From Octopus sinensis (taxonomy: Eukaryota), in assembly GCF_006345805.1 (NCBI RefSeq), contig NC_042998.1:91264001-91328000 (forward strand): a stretch of 64,000 bases of DNA, written 5' to 3'. Of the stretch, positions 52,011 to 64,000 are shown piece after piece. The position numbers were made by a program, and so were the translations under genes. Each line of letters begins with the position of its first letter. Position 1 is the stretch's first letter. Below the pieces are notes generated by a model, which worked only from the letters and a program-made list of their open reading frames with translations, was not told the DNA's origin and searched no databases.

Positions 52011-52989
52011 AATTCTAATATATATATATCTTATTATTATTATTGTCATTATTATTATTATTTGTGTGCATGCATGTGCATATATTTAAAAATAAACATA
52101 CCCATATAAACATACAAATAAAGGCAGTCTGGTAAAATAGATGTTAATATTACATATATATAAGGCAGCAAGCTAGCAGAATTGTTACCATGCCAAATAA
52201 AATGCTTAGTGGCATTTCTTTCAACTTTATGTTCTAAGTTCAAATGCTGCTGGAATTGACTTTGCCATTCATCCTTTCAGTGTTGAGCACTAGGGTCAAC
52301 ATAATCAACTTATCTCTGCCCATGAAATTGCTGGCCTTGTGCTGAAATTTGAAATCAATATTACATATATATAATTTTTATTTGAATATATTAAGTGCTC
52401 ACATGTATAATATGTACAAGTAATTATGGGTTATAAAATCTTGGAAAAAATATCTTTCATATATAACACACTGACTTATTAACATTATGACATATAGCAA
52501 AAAGAAGTGTTAAAGTCAGATTTATTGTGATTGGTATTCAAAACATACTCAAAAAGTTTACACATCTTCAAAGTAACAAAAATGAAATAAAAAGGGAAAA
52601 TTAAGTAACCAATGAACTTTACTGATGCAGGTTGCGCCTGCTGTGAAGTCAACTGGGAAAAGTTAACTAGTATGGAAGGATATAAAAGACATAATATAAT
52701 GTAAAAAGTTTCATTTTATTCCATTTAAACATTTTCATTATCAAATACTTTTCATCTTTTAATAGAAACTCATATGGCTATATTTCTTTCTAATAATCAC
52801 AGTATTTCAGGAACAGAGGTTTTATTTGTTTCTCACTATGATAGCATTTCAATAATGATAATATTTACATTAAAATTTTTTTTTTTTTTCATTATTTCTG
52901 TGGCGGGGAGGGATTCCATATGAAATAAGCTGTAATTTTGAGTATGAAATTATATCTATCCTCATTTATCATAGGGGTATGGTTCAGAA

Positions 52990-53200
52990 AAAACTAGTGG
53001 TAAATGAATCATCTCCACACACTTTGTGAACTGAATGCTTAGTACATTTATTGACACCAAACTCATGGCCCATAACAACAAAGCTTCACCATTATGTATT
53101 TTCTTGATTATCTCTACCTTTTCCTGTAGAGAATACACCCATCTACATTGTTTGTTAGGTTCAGGTGTCTTCATATTTTTTCTGTTCATTGGTTCCATTT
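52990..53200 (-). pseudogene. Tigger/pogo-like N-terminal HTH relic
   Basis: R.V.SLQEKVEIIKKIHNGE, then after a shift MGHEFGVNK.T. This matches the CENP-B-type HTH pattern of pogo/Tigger transposases. Confidence 0.5.
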
Positions 53201-56200
53201 TGATGGATACAAGTAGGTAAATCCATATTAAAAATACACAACCTTAAGCACAGATATGTAAACACAAATCATAGTGCACTCTGGGCAACATAACCTTGTT
53301 ATTGGAGTACATTTTTATGATACAAGTAGAATCTTTAACTGAAAACCAACTCATGTTATCACAGATCAAGCTGTGATAAATATAACATGGTTCACAATTG
53401 AACATATGTTATCCTGGATCAGTGATGAACGAATCAGTGATAAACACAACTACATTTATTAAATTCTGGCCCTTTCTGTACAGAAGGCTGACATTAGCAA
53501 TACCATGGCAAGCATGCCTGTTTACTGTCATTGAAAATTGTCACATTATTATAGCAAAGTTTTTATCATCTTTACCACATCTAAAAGTATTTTAATTCCC
53601 ACTGGTAATTTCATTGCCATCATGTATTAATTGTATTATTATAACTGACATTATTTTATTGTTCAATTTGGATATAAAAATTTTAGTGAGTAAATGGAAG
53701 GAGTGAAAGAGTAAAATAGATTAAAGCTGGTAGTAAAACTAAGATCAGTTGAATTGGTACACACTTAAGCAAAGTGAGGGAGTGCTAAGAGAGAGCAGGT
53801 AGATGTTGGCAAGCATGTTGAGATCAATGAAAACAAGATCACATGCACAGACAAGGTGGGAGCATGGAGAAAATAATGTGTAGGTGATAGGGAGGTTTGA
53901 GTGTATAGGTTAGGGTTAGTTTTGGTCTAAAATTGTTAAAATTTTCTCAAGTATCTGTTATGGAAGGATTACATGCTGGCTCTTAAAACTGATAATCATA
54001 CTTTACAATTTCATATGTGAAATTCAATAATCAGAGTTTCAGTTATGTGAAGGATGCCTTGTGTGTGCGTGTGAATCTTTCTCTATCTCCCTGTCTCTCT
54101 CTCTGTTGATATATATACATATACACACACATGTATAACGACAATATACAAAAATAAAATAATGATAAACATAATACAATAATACACACACAGTACAGTA
54201 CAATAACATAAATGCAATATAATGATACACACAGGTTTTACACATTACAATAATATCAACTCACTCATTTCATTATCTCTTTGGTCTTGTTAACATTGAA
54301 GGTAGATATCATTACTCTAATTCCATTAATCCTTTGAACTTGATTGATACAGGGTGAAGGGAACTGTTTAGTTTAATCACAAACTATCTCCTGATACCGG
54401 TGATGTGATTGTTCCTTTCCACACAACCAATTTTGTGGGAAAGAAAGGGAGGAACTAGAGGAGATAATTCAGAGAAGCAGCAACTCCCTTTTGTATTTTA
54501 GTGCATGAAACAACCTCTTTGGTGCCAATGCACAGAAACAAAGCAGGGTAGAAGGGACACTTTATAGTACCATGCACACATTATGTTCTGCAGAGTAATT
54601 GGTAATAAGAAGGGCATCTCATTGTTGAAACTAAGCCAAATTAAAGGATATCAATGAGGTATGGTTCCTGATCTCTTTAGGAGGGAAATAACAGTAAATA
54701 AGAACTGTTACTATTCTCTCTCATGCCAGAGCATGATATGTTGTCCAACCCATGCCAGCATGGAAAATTAGGCATAAAAAGAGTGGTGATGATGATGATG
54801 TTTATGAGGTGATATCTGAATGCTGCATAAAACTAGGGAATATAAATAAAACCATGAATATGAGTAAATGATATATTTCATTTATTATTTGTATTCATGT
54901 TCAATTTCCTTTGAAATAGTTCCCTTTGGAACATATGCTGCAATTCCAGCTTGTCTTCCATACCTTATTACAATTCATCAGATGGTGTTGTGTTTAACTC
55001 AGTACTTTTCCAACAACTGCAGCCAAACGTGGTGTTTTGCATTCCTTTAAACAAGCTGTGACAAGGAATCTGGTGTCTAATAGGGTCCCCATACACTCCA
55101 AGCCTCTCAGTAGAATGTCAGTCTGTTGCCAGATTACATATTTACAGCTGAGTGGAATGAAGCAATGTGAAATGAAGTGTTTGGCTCAAGAACACAGCAT
55201 GTGACCATGAGTGCAACACTCTAATTACTAGGCTATGTGCCTTCATATGTGTGTGTGTGAATAATCGCCCAATGATGATACTAAATCTGTTTACGAGTAT
55301 TGATTTAAATCTGTAAAATGTTTTCTTTCCAAATATCCTACTTGAAAAGAACCTGTAACTGAACTATGCTATGACAAATAAATACCCTAAATAAAGGTAT
55401 CAGAAATCAAAATAATATCAAAAATTGATATAATCTTCATCTTCTACAACAATGTTTCATGGATCAAGAAAAACAACACCAAGCCTTTCAAAGTAAGCAT
55501 AATCTTTAGAAATTTTGAAACTACTGAAATCAGCAAGATTGTCAGATCATACATAGGTTCTGTATGATTAATTGACTTTCATCATTGGTGGCTTATATAG
55601 AGATAATGGACTACTCTTTGCAGTTTCAAGCTTCACTATAGAGACAGGTTTAGAAAGAACATAGATTCTTTAAGAACTTGGGTTTCTCGTTTACTGTTAG
55701 TAGTCAATTTCTCAACATAGTCTTGAAGCTAAGAAACTCCTCTTACAAGCCATTTATGAAACCATTACATTATATAAACCTTACCTAAAGCCATAAACAT
55801 ACATATACATGTGTGTGTGTGTGTGTGTTTGTCCGTCCGAAGGCTTCTGCATAGTTGCATGTAAAATGGTAATGAGAAACTCTGAATAATGACTTATGCA
55901 TTCAACAAATATTATTCAACTCTTCTTAACAGTACTGAATACTTTTTTATATCATTGAAACTCATTAAACCCATAATAATGTCGCATACTCTCTCTATAT
56001 ATATGTGTGTGTGTGTGTTGTGTTTATGTTTATGTTCCTTTATGTTCTCTGACTTTGCAGTAGTTCAGCAATATAAATTGGTAAATTAAGTACCTACTAA
56101 ACTTTGTATTAGTATAATAATCTATCAATAACATTAAGAAACTAAAGTAGAAAGAACAATAAGAGTTTTTACTTTTGCTTTACAATGTTTACCATTGTTC

Positions 56201-57084
56201 CTAAAGTATTGTTCTGAGCACTTTATTAATTAGAAGTGTAACACACAACTAATGTAGTAGAGCAAATCCAAGCTAAATCAACACAATAACAAATGTGAAG
56301 TTGCAACCGTGTCTTCTTAAATATTGATCTCATAAAAGTATGAATGATATATATGTATATATATATATAACGTTAACTATTCTAAAACTTCACAACAATT
56401 TTCATGTGTCAGTTTAGCTGGTACCTCTCTTTCTCTTTTTTTTCTGATCTGTTTTACTTTTCTTTTGAAACTTTGAAATGTCTTCAGCATATTTCACTCT
56501 GAAGTTTGAAATATTGACATATCCTATATAAGTAGAATCTATTTTTTTACTTACTGTTTATCAAAAATATATTTTCCTCTGACAATTAAAAAAAAAATAC
56601 CAAAAAAATATATAAATACTTGTCAAACAAGGCTGTGTATATTTCATTTTTTTTTTTATGGCTGTGTTTAATCATTGACATTTTGTCCTTCATTATTAAT
56701 ATGATTTACAAAAATTAAACATTACAGCTTCTACTGTAAATGCATGTTAAAAAATAAAAAAGGAAACAGAATTAATCAATAAAAAAATGTTTGTTTTTCA
56801 TCATTAATAAATTTCACTGTTCAACAGATTTCATTGTTTTTTTTTTTGTTTTTTTTTTCCATCTCATCAATGTTTCATCATTTTCTTTTTCTAATTTCTA
56901 ATACTTTTGGTCTGATTATACACTAAAGCTCTTTAATAAAATATCTAATTGAAATATTGTCAGATGGTTAATATAACTAGATGATATGTGGTAATACTCA
57001 TGCAACTAGATAAAGTTTTATAATACTACCATTTTGCATTGGTTTATTTGGACCAATCAGCGTACAATATCTCTTTGCCAAATA

Positions 57085-57648
57085 TTGGGTTGTCTGGAAA
57101 GTTTGTGCCGATTTATAGTAGCTTACCTTTCGACTTATTTTAGAACATGGTTGAATCCATAAAATAGGATTTGGCTACACCTCCATTTAGAGCACAGTTT
57201 AAGCTATTTTTTCATGGAAGAAGATTTATGTTCCTATAACCTGTGTTAATTGTGTAACCCTTTAAAATGGAAGATAAAAAAGTTCATTTTCGGCACTTGT
57301 TGCTTTGGGAACCAGACAAAAATTGCTGCAGCCCTTGGGATGTGTTACCCTACCTTCCATATTCACCAGATATTGTTCCTTCGGATTTCCACTTATTCAG
57401 GTCTCTACAGAATAGTCTTAATGGTAAAAATTTCAATTCCTTGGATGATGTAAAAAGATACCTTGATGAATTCTTTGCCACGAAACCACCTCAGTTCTGG
57501 GAAGAGGGTATTTTCAAGTTAAAGGAAAGATGGAGACGCTTTGTACAACAAAATGGTTCATATTTGGTTGATTAAAAATGTAATGGCACATATTTATTGA
57601 CCTTTTTCTTTCCTTTAAAAATTAGCACAAACTTTCTGGATAACCCAA
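57085..57648 (+). mobile_element. Internally deleted mariner (564 bp) with TIRs and TA TSDs
   Basis: TIR TTGGGTTGTCTGGAAAGTTTGTGCCGATTT with its inverse at about 57619-57648 and TA on both sides. ORF 57267-57575 joins the N-terminal MEDKKVHFRHLLL to the C-terminal YSPDIVPSDFHLF...NGSYLVD. Confidence 0.92.
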
Positions 57649-60600
57649 TACTTGCTATTGGAGCCAGTATTCAGCCTGCCTGTGCAGTTCTCTGTGCTCT
57701 CTCTTTCTCTTTTCAACTTGTACCCCAACAAGAATAGTAATTGGTGGACACAGCTCTTGCTTTAGTTAGCCCTTGCAAGCTATTTTATAGTTGAGACATC
57801 AAATTGTTGTATCTCTACTCCACCAAGTTACAAACTAAGAATATCATTTAGTTTTGCCATTTTAACAAAGCTTTCTCTAACCACGACACACATAACAAAA
57901 AGAACTTTATTTCAAGAGCATGTATAATGCTATTTCTACCATACATTTAACTCAAACCATATATTCTATTAATTTTGTAATAGAACATAGTTACTTTTCA
58001 ATGTATGAATTAGTGATTTATAGTACAAATAGATTTATCTTTCTTGTGGTACATAGAAACTAAAAAGGAAATATGATACATAATTTACTGTCGTCATCTA
58101 TCTCAACTGTATTTCATATATTGGTAATCCCTATGTGATGTCTATGGTTTCTCTATATTCTATGATCATATACAATTAGATGATGAGTTAAGGTAATCAT
58201 AATTGGCATCTAAGGATTAATTTATTAAAGAAAATTTGAACTATTTGCACGTTATAATATACTAAATGACTAATCTTAACATAAATGTTCATCATCATCA
58301 TTATCATCATTTAGCATCCGTTTTCCATGCTAGCATGGGTTGGACGGTTTAACTGGGGTCTGTGAAGCCGGGAGGCTTCATCAGGCCCAGTCAGATTTGG
58401 CAGTGTTTCTACGGCTGGATGCCCCAATTCATCATAATTTTACAAAATTAAGGTTATTCAGGCAATAACTGGTAAAGTAAAAGAAAATATAAATTGTTTA
58501 CAAACCTTATATACTGTGTATTACCGTACTTGTATGTATATTACTGTGGCTTTACGGTGTAATATATCAACATATGTATACATTACTGTAGTTCTGTGGT
58601 GTAATATGTATATTACTACAGATGTGTGGGTATGTTACTTTGCTTATATGGTTTTTATTTTTTGTTGGGGAAGAAAAAAAATCACCCAGTACACACTGTT
58701 AAGTGGTTGGTATTAGTAAGGACATCCAGCTATAGAAACGATGCCAAAGCAGACACTGAAACACAATGTAGTCAATGACTCATTGGATCCTCGTTAAATT
58801 GTCCAGCCCATGCTGGCATGGGACATGGATGTTAAATGATGATGATATACATATACACAAGAAACAAATGGTTTAAACTGCATCTTGTGTTTATCATATT
58901 TTTTCGTATTTGTTCTATATATCATACTTGATATTGCTACTAACTAAAGTAGTAATCACACCATTATACTGGAAATAGACTAGATGATTATACTCTGTTT
59001 AGCTTTGAATACACCAGTAGAAGTTGTACATTTAACTGTACGCATAGGAAATACTGTGTGTGTATAGAACCTACATCAGTCATGGTTGACCATGTATGTG
59101 CAGGACTGGTAAAGATCTTTCTGAGGAAGACTGCCATGTGCAAGTCTTCCATCTCCACATCAGTGATGTATATTCAAGGGAAAGACCACTGACTTTGGTT
59201 GATAGAACTTGGAAACAGTGTTATCACAAGCATGACTATCAGAACACAAAAAGCCAGCAAAGACATTGCGAAGTATCTACTGTGACCCCTTAACACTCCC
59301 ACCAATCCACTAGTTTGGATTGGTATTTTTTTATCAATTTTGAAAAGATGAAAAGCAAAATTAACTTTATTGAAATTTGAACTCTGGTGGGCCGAAACAA
59401 ATACCACAAGGTATTCTATCCAATACTCTGACAACTCTGCCAATTTACTGCTATTTAAAGATATCAAATTATCTTTTAAATCTGATAAACACAAGAAAAT
59501 TGTGCACTTAAGTAAATAATTGGACATTCTGCCTACAGCTATTTAGCACAACGTTGTGCTTTCATCATCATCAGTAATATTTAATGTCCATGTTCCATGA
59601 TGGCATGAGTTGGGTGGTTTGACAGGACTGCATTGGTCTCCAGTGTCTGCTTTAGCAAGGTTCCTATGGCTGGACACCCTTCCCTATACCAACCATTTCA
59701 CATTGTACTGGGTGCTATTTTTTTCTTTTTGTGGTACCAACAACTAATGAGATCACCAAGTAACATGTACAACAAAAGCCCTTTATAGAGCTGGGGGTGC
59801 AGTATTGAGGGAGTTAGCTTGTTGCCAGATACAGAGAGGCTAAAGTAGGAAAGAGAGACAGGAACATGTGTCTTACTATTGAGGTGATACATGAGTACTT
59901 CAGCAGAAAAGGGAGAAATGATATTGGAAATGAGATATCAGGGTATACTGTTAAGGTACAAGAAGTTGGATAGAGAGAGAATAGGGGCAGAGAATTGAGG
60001 ATGACTGGGCTTTGTTCTTGGTTATTAGAAAGAGTTGTTTAAATGTAGTATTTGGTATTAGAAGAGAGAAGATAAAAAATGGTTGATGGAAGTAATATTG
60101 ATGCTTTACACAGGCATAACATTTTCAAGTTCATATTGGTGTATGAAAATTTTGCAGGATACTCATGACATATCTGAAATAGTTTTTATATAGGCAGGGA
60201 TACTTGTACATATATCTAAGTAATAGTTCATATTCATTTACTAGATATTACAAATGAGGGAATGGAACACATGATGGCTGAGCATCTTGGTCAATTTTTG
60301 TGATATGGTTGATAAAACATAGCTAAAATTTTAAAGGGTTCATTTTTTATTAAAATATTTTCCTGTGCAGTTTGAAATGTTCTCTAATAGTAACTACACT
60401 GGTAAGTTCAATAATATCATTGACAAGAAAAGTTTATAAAATACTCTAATTACATTCAGTCATTGCAAGGAATAACGATACTGAATTCTTTTGTGACCAC
60501 TGATATATCTTCATGATTGTTCTACGTTGTTTGTTTTTCCATGTTTACATGGGTTGGACAGCTCTGTTGCAACACAACATCATGTCACTCATCACTGTCT

Positions 60601-61193
60601 TTCATCATCTGACATATACAACATCAAAGAAAACCCACCAGTCTTTGTTGTTATTATCTATGTTGCATAAATATAAACTGGATAGTTTTAAAATAATTAC
60701 AAATAAATGGGAAACAAAACCTTGAAGAGCTGGTTATGAGCTTGATCAATGTATGCTTTAGCAGAAATAGCAGCACATAATTAAATATTTTGCCTTCTTA
60801 ATATAGATGATTTCCATCTTTTAATTGCAGTATTGCTTAATGAAAGTCCTAACTAATAATCTATAATCAGTTGCTTACTTAAAAACAGATACACTAACAC
60901 ATTATGCAAAATAATTTTACTATATCTATTCCTTTTAATAGATTGTTATTGAATTTTTAATACTGATACAAAATGTTAAATATTTACTATGTACCATTAG
61001 TGAATATTATAACAAAGTGGATACCAATTAACATGCCAATACAGAATTCGAAATTTCAATAGACATTTAATATTTCTAGGTAGAGCTTTTGATTATACCT
61101 GTTTTAGTTAGACATGGTTTGATTAGTGCCTTATGAGTGTCATTTAGAAAAGGAAAATGTGGAGCAGATAGTGTACGTGTTTGTAAGTATTCA

Positions 61194-61268
<75 letters not shown>

Positions 61269-61586
61269 CAATAAGAAAATGAAGGGGTCAATAGGTGGTT
61301 CATCAACTTTTAGACATTATATTAAGTCAGCTTATTTATTTATTTACTAAAATGACAATTACAAGAATATACATACATGTATAACATATGCTTTACATAT
61401 AAAAATATATTAATATATAAAGATACCAGTAATTATTAAAATATAACATACAGGAATATAAATTGTGATGCAATAAAAAACACTTGTGTATTAATAATTG
61501 GGTATTCTACCAGCAGTATATTGGATAGATATTATCCCTTAGTTGGTTGGATTCACAATCTCCAACTTTCTTGGAATTAATATATC

Positions 61587-61643
<57 letters not shown>

Positions 61644-62741
61644 CAGAAAATGAGAAGACAAAGGAATAATCATTTTTCTTATGAACTTCATTAACTTACA
61701 GCTGTTTCTGGTGTGTGTGTTGTTTGACAATGCATATTGGCAAAAAAAAAATGCAAGCATCAGAAAGCAAACTAATAAACTGGTGCATTCAAACAAAAAT
61801 ACTAAGTAGCGTTTATTAAACCAGAGTTACACCTTCCTTGTCACTCTTAGCATTGGAACTCCAGTTAACAAGTGATTGGCCTACTGGAAATTTTTTAACC
61901 AATGACATGATTGCATGCAAAACACATGATATGAAAGAAAAAAAAATCTATCCATTAATCTATAAAAAACATATAAAGTAAATATTTTGTAAGATTATAA
62001 ACCATTATTTTGGTTCATAAATAGAGTGGCTGGTGGGATTGTTTACAGATAACAATTAGAAGTATTTCTGTTTTAGCTTCCTATAGTTGTGTAGGTTGGA
62101 TGAATCAGTCTCATGCTATCTTTTTTCAGCCACTAATCTGCATTTATTCTATTATATGCAACATTTCCTACTGCAGTTTGCTTCTACGTTCTTTGTCTTT
62201 CACATTATATCAAACATATGATATTAATCTGGTACGACTTCAACTTTATTTACTTTAAACTATAGATAAATGATGTATTAATTCTTCTAAAGAAAGCTGC
62301 CCTGAATTTTAATATTATTTTTATAACGACTGATTAAGAGGAAACTGTATAGAACTCATCTTACATACATGACAAGTTCTGATCTGTTTCCATCTACCAA
62401 ATTTCATTTACAGTATTGATCAACCCAAAGTTATGACAGAAGATACTTGCCAAAAATACTCTACAGGCAGAGGGACTGAACCCAGAACCATGTGGTTGTG
62501 ATGTAAACTTCCTTTTTAACTTAGCTGTGCTTGTGTTTACTTCCAGTGCAAAAGCATATGTGAACACCAGAAAACAATTACACCACCAGCTGGTGTTATG
62601 CTGAGGAACGATTCACATTTTGTAGATAAAAAATAGCTTGTTAACAAATCCCTTACTTTGAGAGGTAGTCAAATATATAACATGTACTAATACAACAGAG
62701 TTTTTACCGACATCATTTGTGTTAATATATATTTAGCAATT

Positions 62742-63239
62742 GTGGAGGCGCAATAGCCCAGTGGTTAGGGCAGCAGACTTGCGGTCGTAGGATCGTGGTT
62801 TCGATTCCCAGACCAGGCATTGTAAGTGTTTATTGAGCAAAAACATCTAAAGCTCCATGAGGCTCCGGCAGGGGGTGGGGTGGAACCCTGCTGTACTCTT
62901 TCACCACAACTTTCTCTCACTCTTTCTTCCTGTTTCTGTTGTACTGTATTTCAAAGTACCAGCCTTGTCACACTCTGTATCACGTTGAATCTCCCCCAAA
63001 AATTACGTTATGGGTACACGTGTCTGTGGAGTACTCAGCCACTTGCACGTTAATAAATGTGCTGTGACGTCACTGGTGCCAAGCTGTATTGGCCTTTGCC
63101 TTTCCCTTGGATAACATCAGTGGCGTGGAGAGGGGAGGCTGGTATGCATGGGCGACTGCTGGTCTTCCATAAACAACCTTGGTGACATTCTAGGTGCAAC
63201 CCCATGGTCATTCATGACTGAAGGGGATCACACACACAC
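62742..63239 (+). mobile_element. tRNA-derived SINE family C, full length with 13-bp TSD
   Basis: A box TAGCCCAGTGG, B box GTTTCGATTCC and a (CA)n tail. TSD ATATTTAGCAATT at 62729-62741 and 63240-63252. Partial relatives at about 3160-3610, 9865-10110, 29330-29600 and 55140-55230. Confidence 0.88.
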
Positions 63240-64000
63240 ATATTTAGCAATTAGATTAATTAACTACATTTATCTTAGTCACATTTTCAAGATCATTTTA
63301 GTTGTTATAATGTGAATTAGAGCAAGAGAGAGCTACATTGATACACACTAACAATTTCTACTGAAAGCTTTTGATTTGAGAGTTGTGGTGGTATGGAGGT
63401 ATTAGCCTAAGATCAACTGTGATACAGTAGATTTATGATCAAAGCATTCCAGCCATGACCATTACATATTATTTTATTCAGACAGTTTATTAAGGAATAT
63501 ATTATCCATTGTGTATTTCCTTGTTTAAGGTGTTAAGATATGATATAAGAGTAGTTTGGTTGCTGCTTCTAGCTTGTCAAATAACCAAATACAAGCCATC
63601 TAAGATCGAAGTGAGAGATAGGTGGAGCCTACAGCTGGAAGAAGTCCTCTTTAAAGATATTTAAATATTTTATCAATTTTCTCTTCTATAATATTCCAAA
63701 GAGAGAATATTTAGAATACAACCTCTGTAGTATGAAATGACCATTAGTAAACCTAACCACAGCCTTAAATTGTGTTGCAATTATATGTCATTATGTTACA
63801 GCAAAATTTAATTCTAAAGCTGTGAGTATATTCTACAAAACAGCTGAACAAAAGATAAATTGGCTTATTTGAAATATATGAATGAATCTGCTTATTGTTT
63901 GAATATAAACATTGACACAATCTACCATTTGTCATATGATTTAGCTGGTCTTTGAAACAACTCAGAAATATCAAACTATGGAAAATAAAAGCTATTGTCT

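Noticed and set aside
52631-52666. Possible terminal exon VAPAVKSTGKS*
   Set aside because: Poor polypyrimidine tract and no homology support.
55400-55720. Codon-like minus-strand stretch
   Set aside because: There are stops in all frames and no recognisable motif.
61539-61796. Signal-peptide-like minus-strand ORF with a GTAAGT donor
   Set aside because: The hydrophobicity comes from a poly-T run, it has a TTG start, and no linked exons were found.
62745-62820. tRNA-Arg-like sequence
   Set aside because: There is no paired acceptor stem; it is the head of a SINE with a TSD.

Overview
AT-rich, microsatellite- and transposon-dense animal genomic DNA. The SINE and RTE-tail families look like those of octopus (inference, no search run). 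The window holds one + strand protein-coding gene, a SESTD1 (SEC14/CRAL-TRIO + spectrin repeat) orthologue. I assembled it by hand from 16 GT-AG exons (5757-49750) whose phases chain without a stop (2586 nt, 862 codons), and I found no convincing further exon in 49.8-64 kb. The introns contain three tRNA-derived SINE families, RTE LINE 3' fragments, two mariner derivatives, Tc1- and Tigger-like relics, a piggyBac-like MITE family, a Helitron-like insert and several Penelope-like retroelement (PLE) remnants. The strongest non-obvious signal is a 3-kb antisense PLE (RT with YRDD, C-terminal GIY-YIG) sitting in a (TA)n tract. Its 3' region carries a nearly canonical minimal type I hammerhead ribozyme, and decayed hammerhead-like motifs occur in other PLE-like remnants. 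Gene-level oddities are a candidate recursive-splicing exon, a decayed genomic copy of exon 15 and a long C-terminal extension. Most short ORFs in the supplied track are artefacts of repeats.
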